Source: Emiliania huxleyi CCMP1516
Lineage: Eukaryota
Reading direction: 5' to 3'
Assembly (NCBI RefSeq): GCF_000372725.1
Contig: NW_005201192.1
Coordinates: 372,001 to 436,000 of the forward strand
DNA: 64,000 bases
In this document: one piece after another, positions 62,825 to 64,000 of the stretch
Layout of the letters: each line of letters starts with the position of its first letter
How positions within the stretch are numbered: position 1 is the first letter of the stretch
Notes under the pieces: generated by a model
The model's database searches: none
What the model was told of the DNA's origin: nothing
The model's input: the letters and a program-made list of their open reading frames with translations, nothing else
Program-made: the position numbers and the translations under genes

Positions 62825-63630
62825 ATGCCGGCCGCCGCTGCTGAGCACAAGCGGAAACTGGAGACGCTGCTGGAGCTGCGCGAGACCCGGCCCGAGTCGG
62901 AGGCCAAGCGCCTCGCCGCCTCGCTGCAGGAGCTGCAGGCTTGCTCCGACACTCTCATCCAATCGCAGCGTGCCGAGATTGAGTCCCTGCGCGAGGCGGC
63001 GGCGGCGGCCGCCGCCTCCGCGCCAGAGTTGGCGGCGGCAAGCGGCGGCGGCGCCGAGGCGGAGCGGCTGGCGGCGGAGAACGCGCAGCTGCGTGCGCAG
63101 CTCGAGGCGCTCGAGCACACGACCGCCATCTACATGACCCTGACTGGCGTCACGGTGCGGCTCGAGGCCGGCGGCCAGACGGCGACGTGCGAGTGCCGCG
63201 GAGAGGAGCGGACGCACGCGTTCACGGTGGACACACAGCCCGAGGACGGCGACGAGGGCGAGATCGGATACGCGCCTGCGCCCGGAGCCGTCGGCTGTCC
63301 AGGCACACCTCTTACATACGCACATGCATGCACATGCACATGCATACATGCACAACATGCACATGCACATGCACATGCACATGGCATGCAACATGTGCAT
63401 GCACATGTGCTTGCACATGTTGTAACGTTTGCACAGGTGGCCACTCTCTGAGACCTGAGCGGAGCCGTCTCTTTTGTGTAGGCCTTCCCGACTACCTGCT
63501 TGACGAGCTCATTTTCGAGCGGGAGCAGGCGCCCGCCCTCCTCGTCAAGGTGATGGAGGCGGTCGGCGGCGGCAAGGCGCCGCACACGCCGCGCTCCTCC
63601 CGCCGCTCGTCCATCATGTCGAATGCGTGA
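62825..63630 (+). CDS. CSM1: Monopolin subunit Csm1/Pcs1-like (coiled coil + RWD-like domain)
   Basis: LLELRETRPESE, coiled coil, IYMTLTGVTV, EIGYAP, then a GC-AG intron (63303-63481) to GLPDYLLDELIFEREQAPALLVKV. This matches the Csm1 C-terminal LPDYL-E-I-F pattern. Confidence 0.75.
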
Positions 63631-64000
63631 GGTGGGGTCTGTGTGGAGGCGCCGGTGCTGTCGGAGGTGCGCGCGGTCCTGTCTCAGACGCTTGCTTGAG
63701 GCAATCAGGGAAGGAAGTTGGGCGAGAGAGCTGCAGACTTGTCGGACAGGTCAAGCTAGGGCGGCCGCGAGCTAGCTAGGCCGCGAGAGCCCGCGAAGGC
63801 ATACCGCGCCGCCAGGCACTCTTGATTCCACTTGGACGCGGAAACACCTTCCCGCGTCTAGTCCGATGTGACGTTTGTGTTAGACAATAGAGTTCAAGCG
63901 ACGAATATCCGCCCTCTCGTTGTATCATTTACAGATTACACGCCGATGTCGGGCGGGGGGCGCACACAGCGTGTGGGGGCTGGGGGGGGGGTTGGGGCAT

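Overview
This is GC-rich, intron-rich eukaryotic nuclear DNA. Many GC-AG introns, CCGAGAT-rich introns and a signal-peptide-bearing plastid terminal oxidase point to a haptophyte such as Emiliania (Gephyrocapsa) huxleyi (inference). Recognisable genes: a protein with at least 8 tandem RPGRIP1-C-like C2 domains, a divergent type II pantothenate kinase, a Ser/Thr kinase, prohibitin, an MFS transporter, a DUF4336 protein, an ABCB half-transporter, a GHITM/BI-1 protein, a CPP1-like J-domain+rhodanese protein, a histidine phosphatase, PTOX, a Sec66/71-like protein and a Csm1/Pcs1-like monopolin subunit, plus several unknown ORFs. The intergenic DNA is packed with nested mobile elements whose ends could be read directly from terminal inverted repeats (TIRs) and target-site duplications (TSDs). 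They include a near full-length CRE-type RLE non-LTR retrotransposon, several MITE/Pack-type TIR families and short retroposed 3' ends with microsatellite tails. Two features stand out. (1) A TIR element at 57686-60927, visible only after removing a nested insertion, carries a double-AP2 gene, an internal (CCCCTAA)n telomere-like array and oppositely oriented TTACGCA subterminal repeats. (2) Mobile elements are repeatedly inserted, with orientation bias, at an AAATTCTTTT-like motif just upstream of gene starts. There are two 100-N assembly gaps. All family assignments come from motif recognition by eye; no database searches were run.
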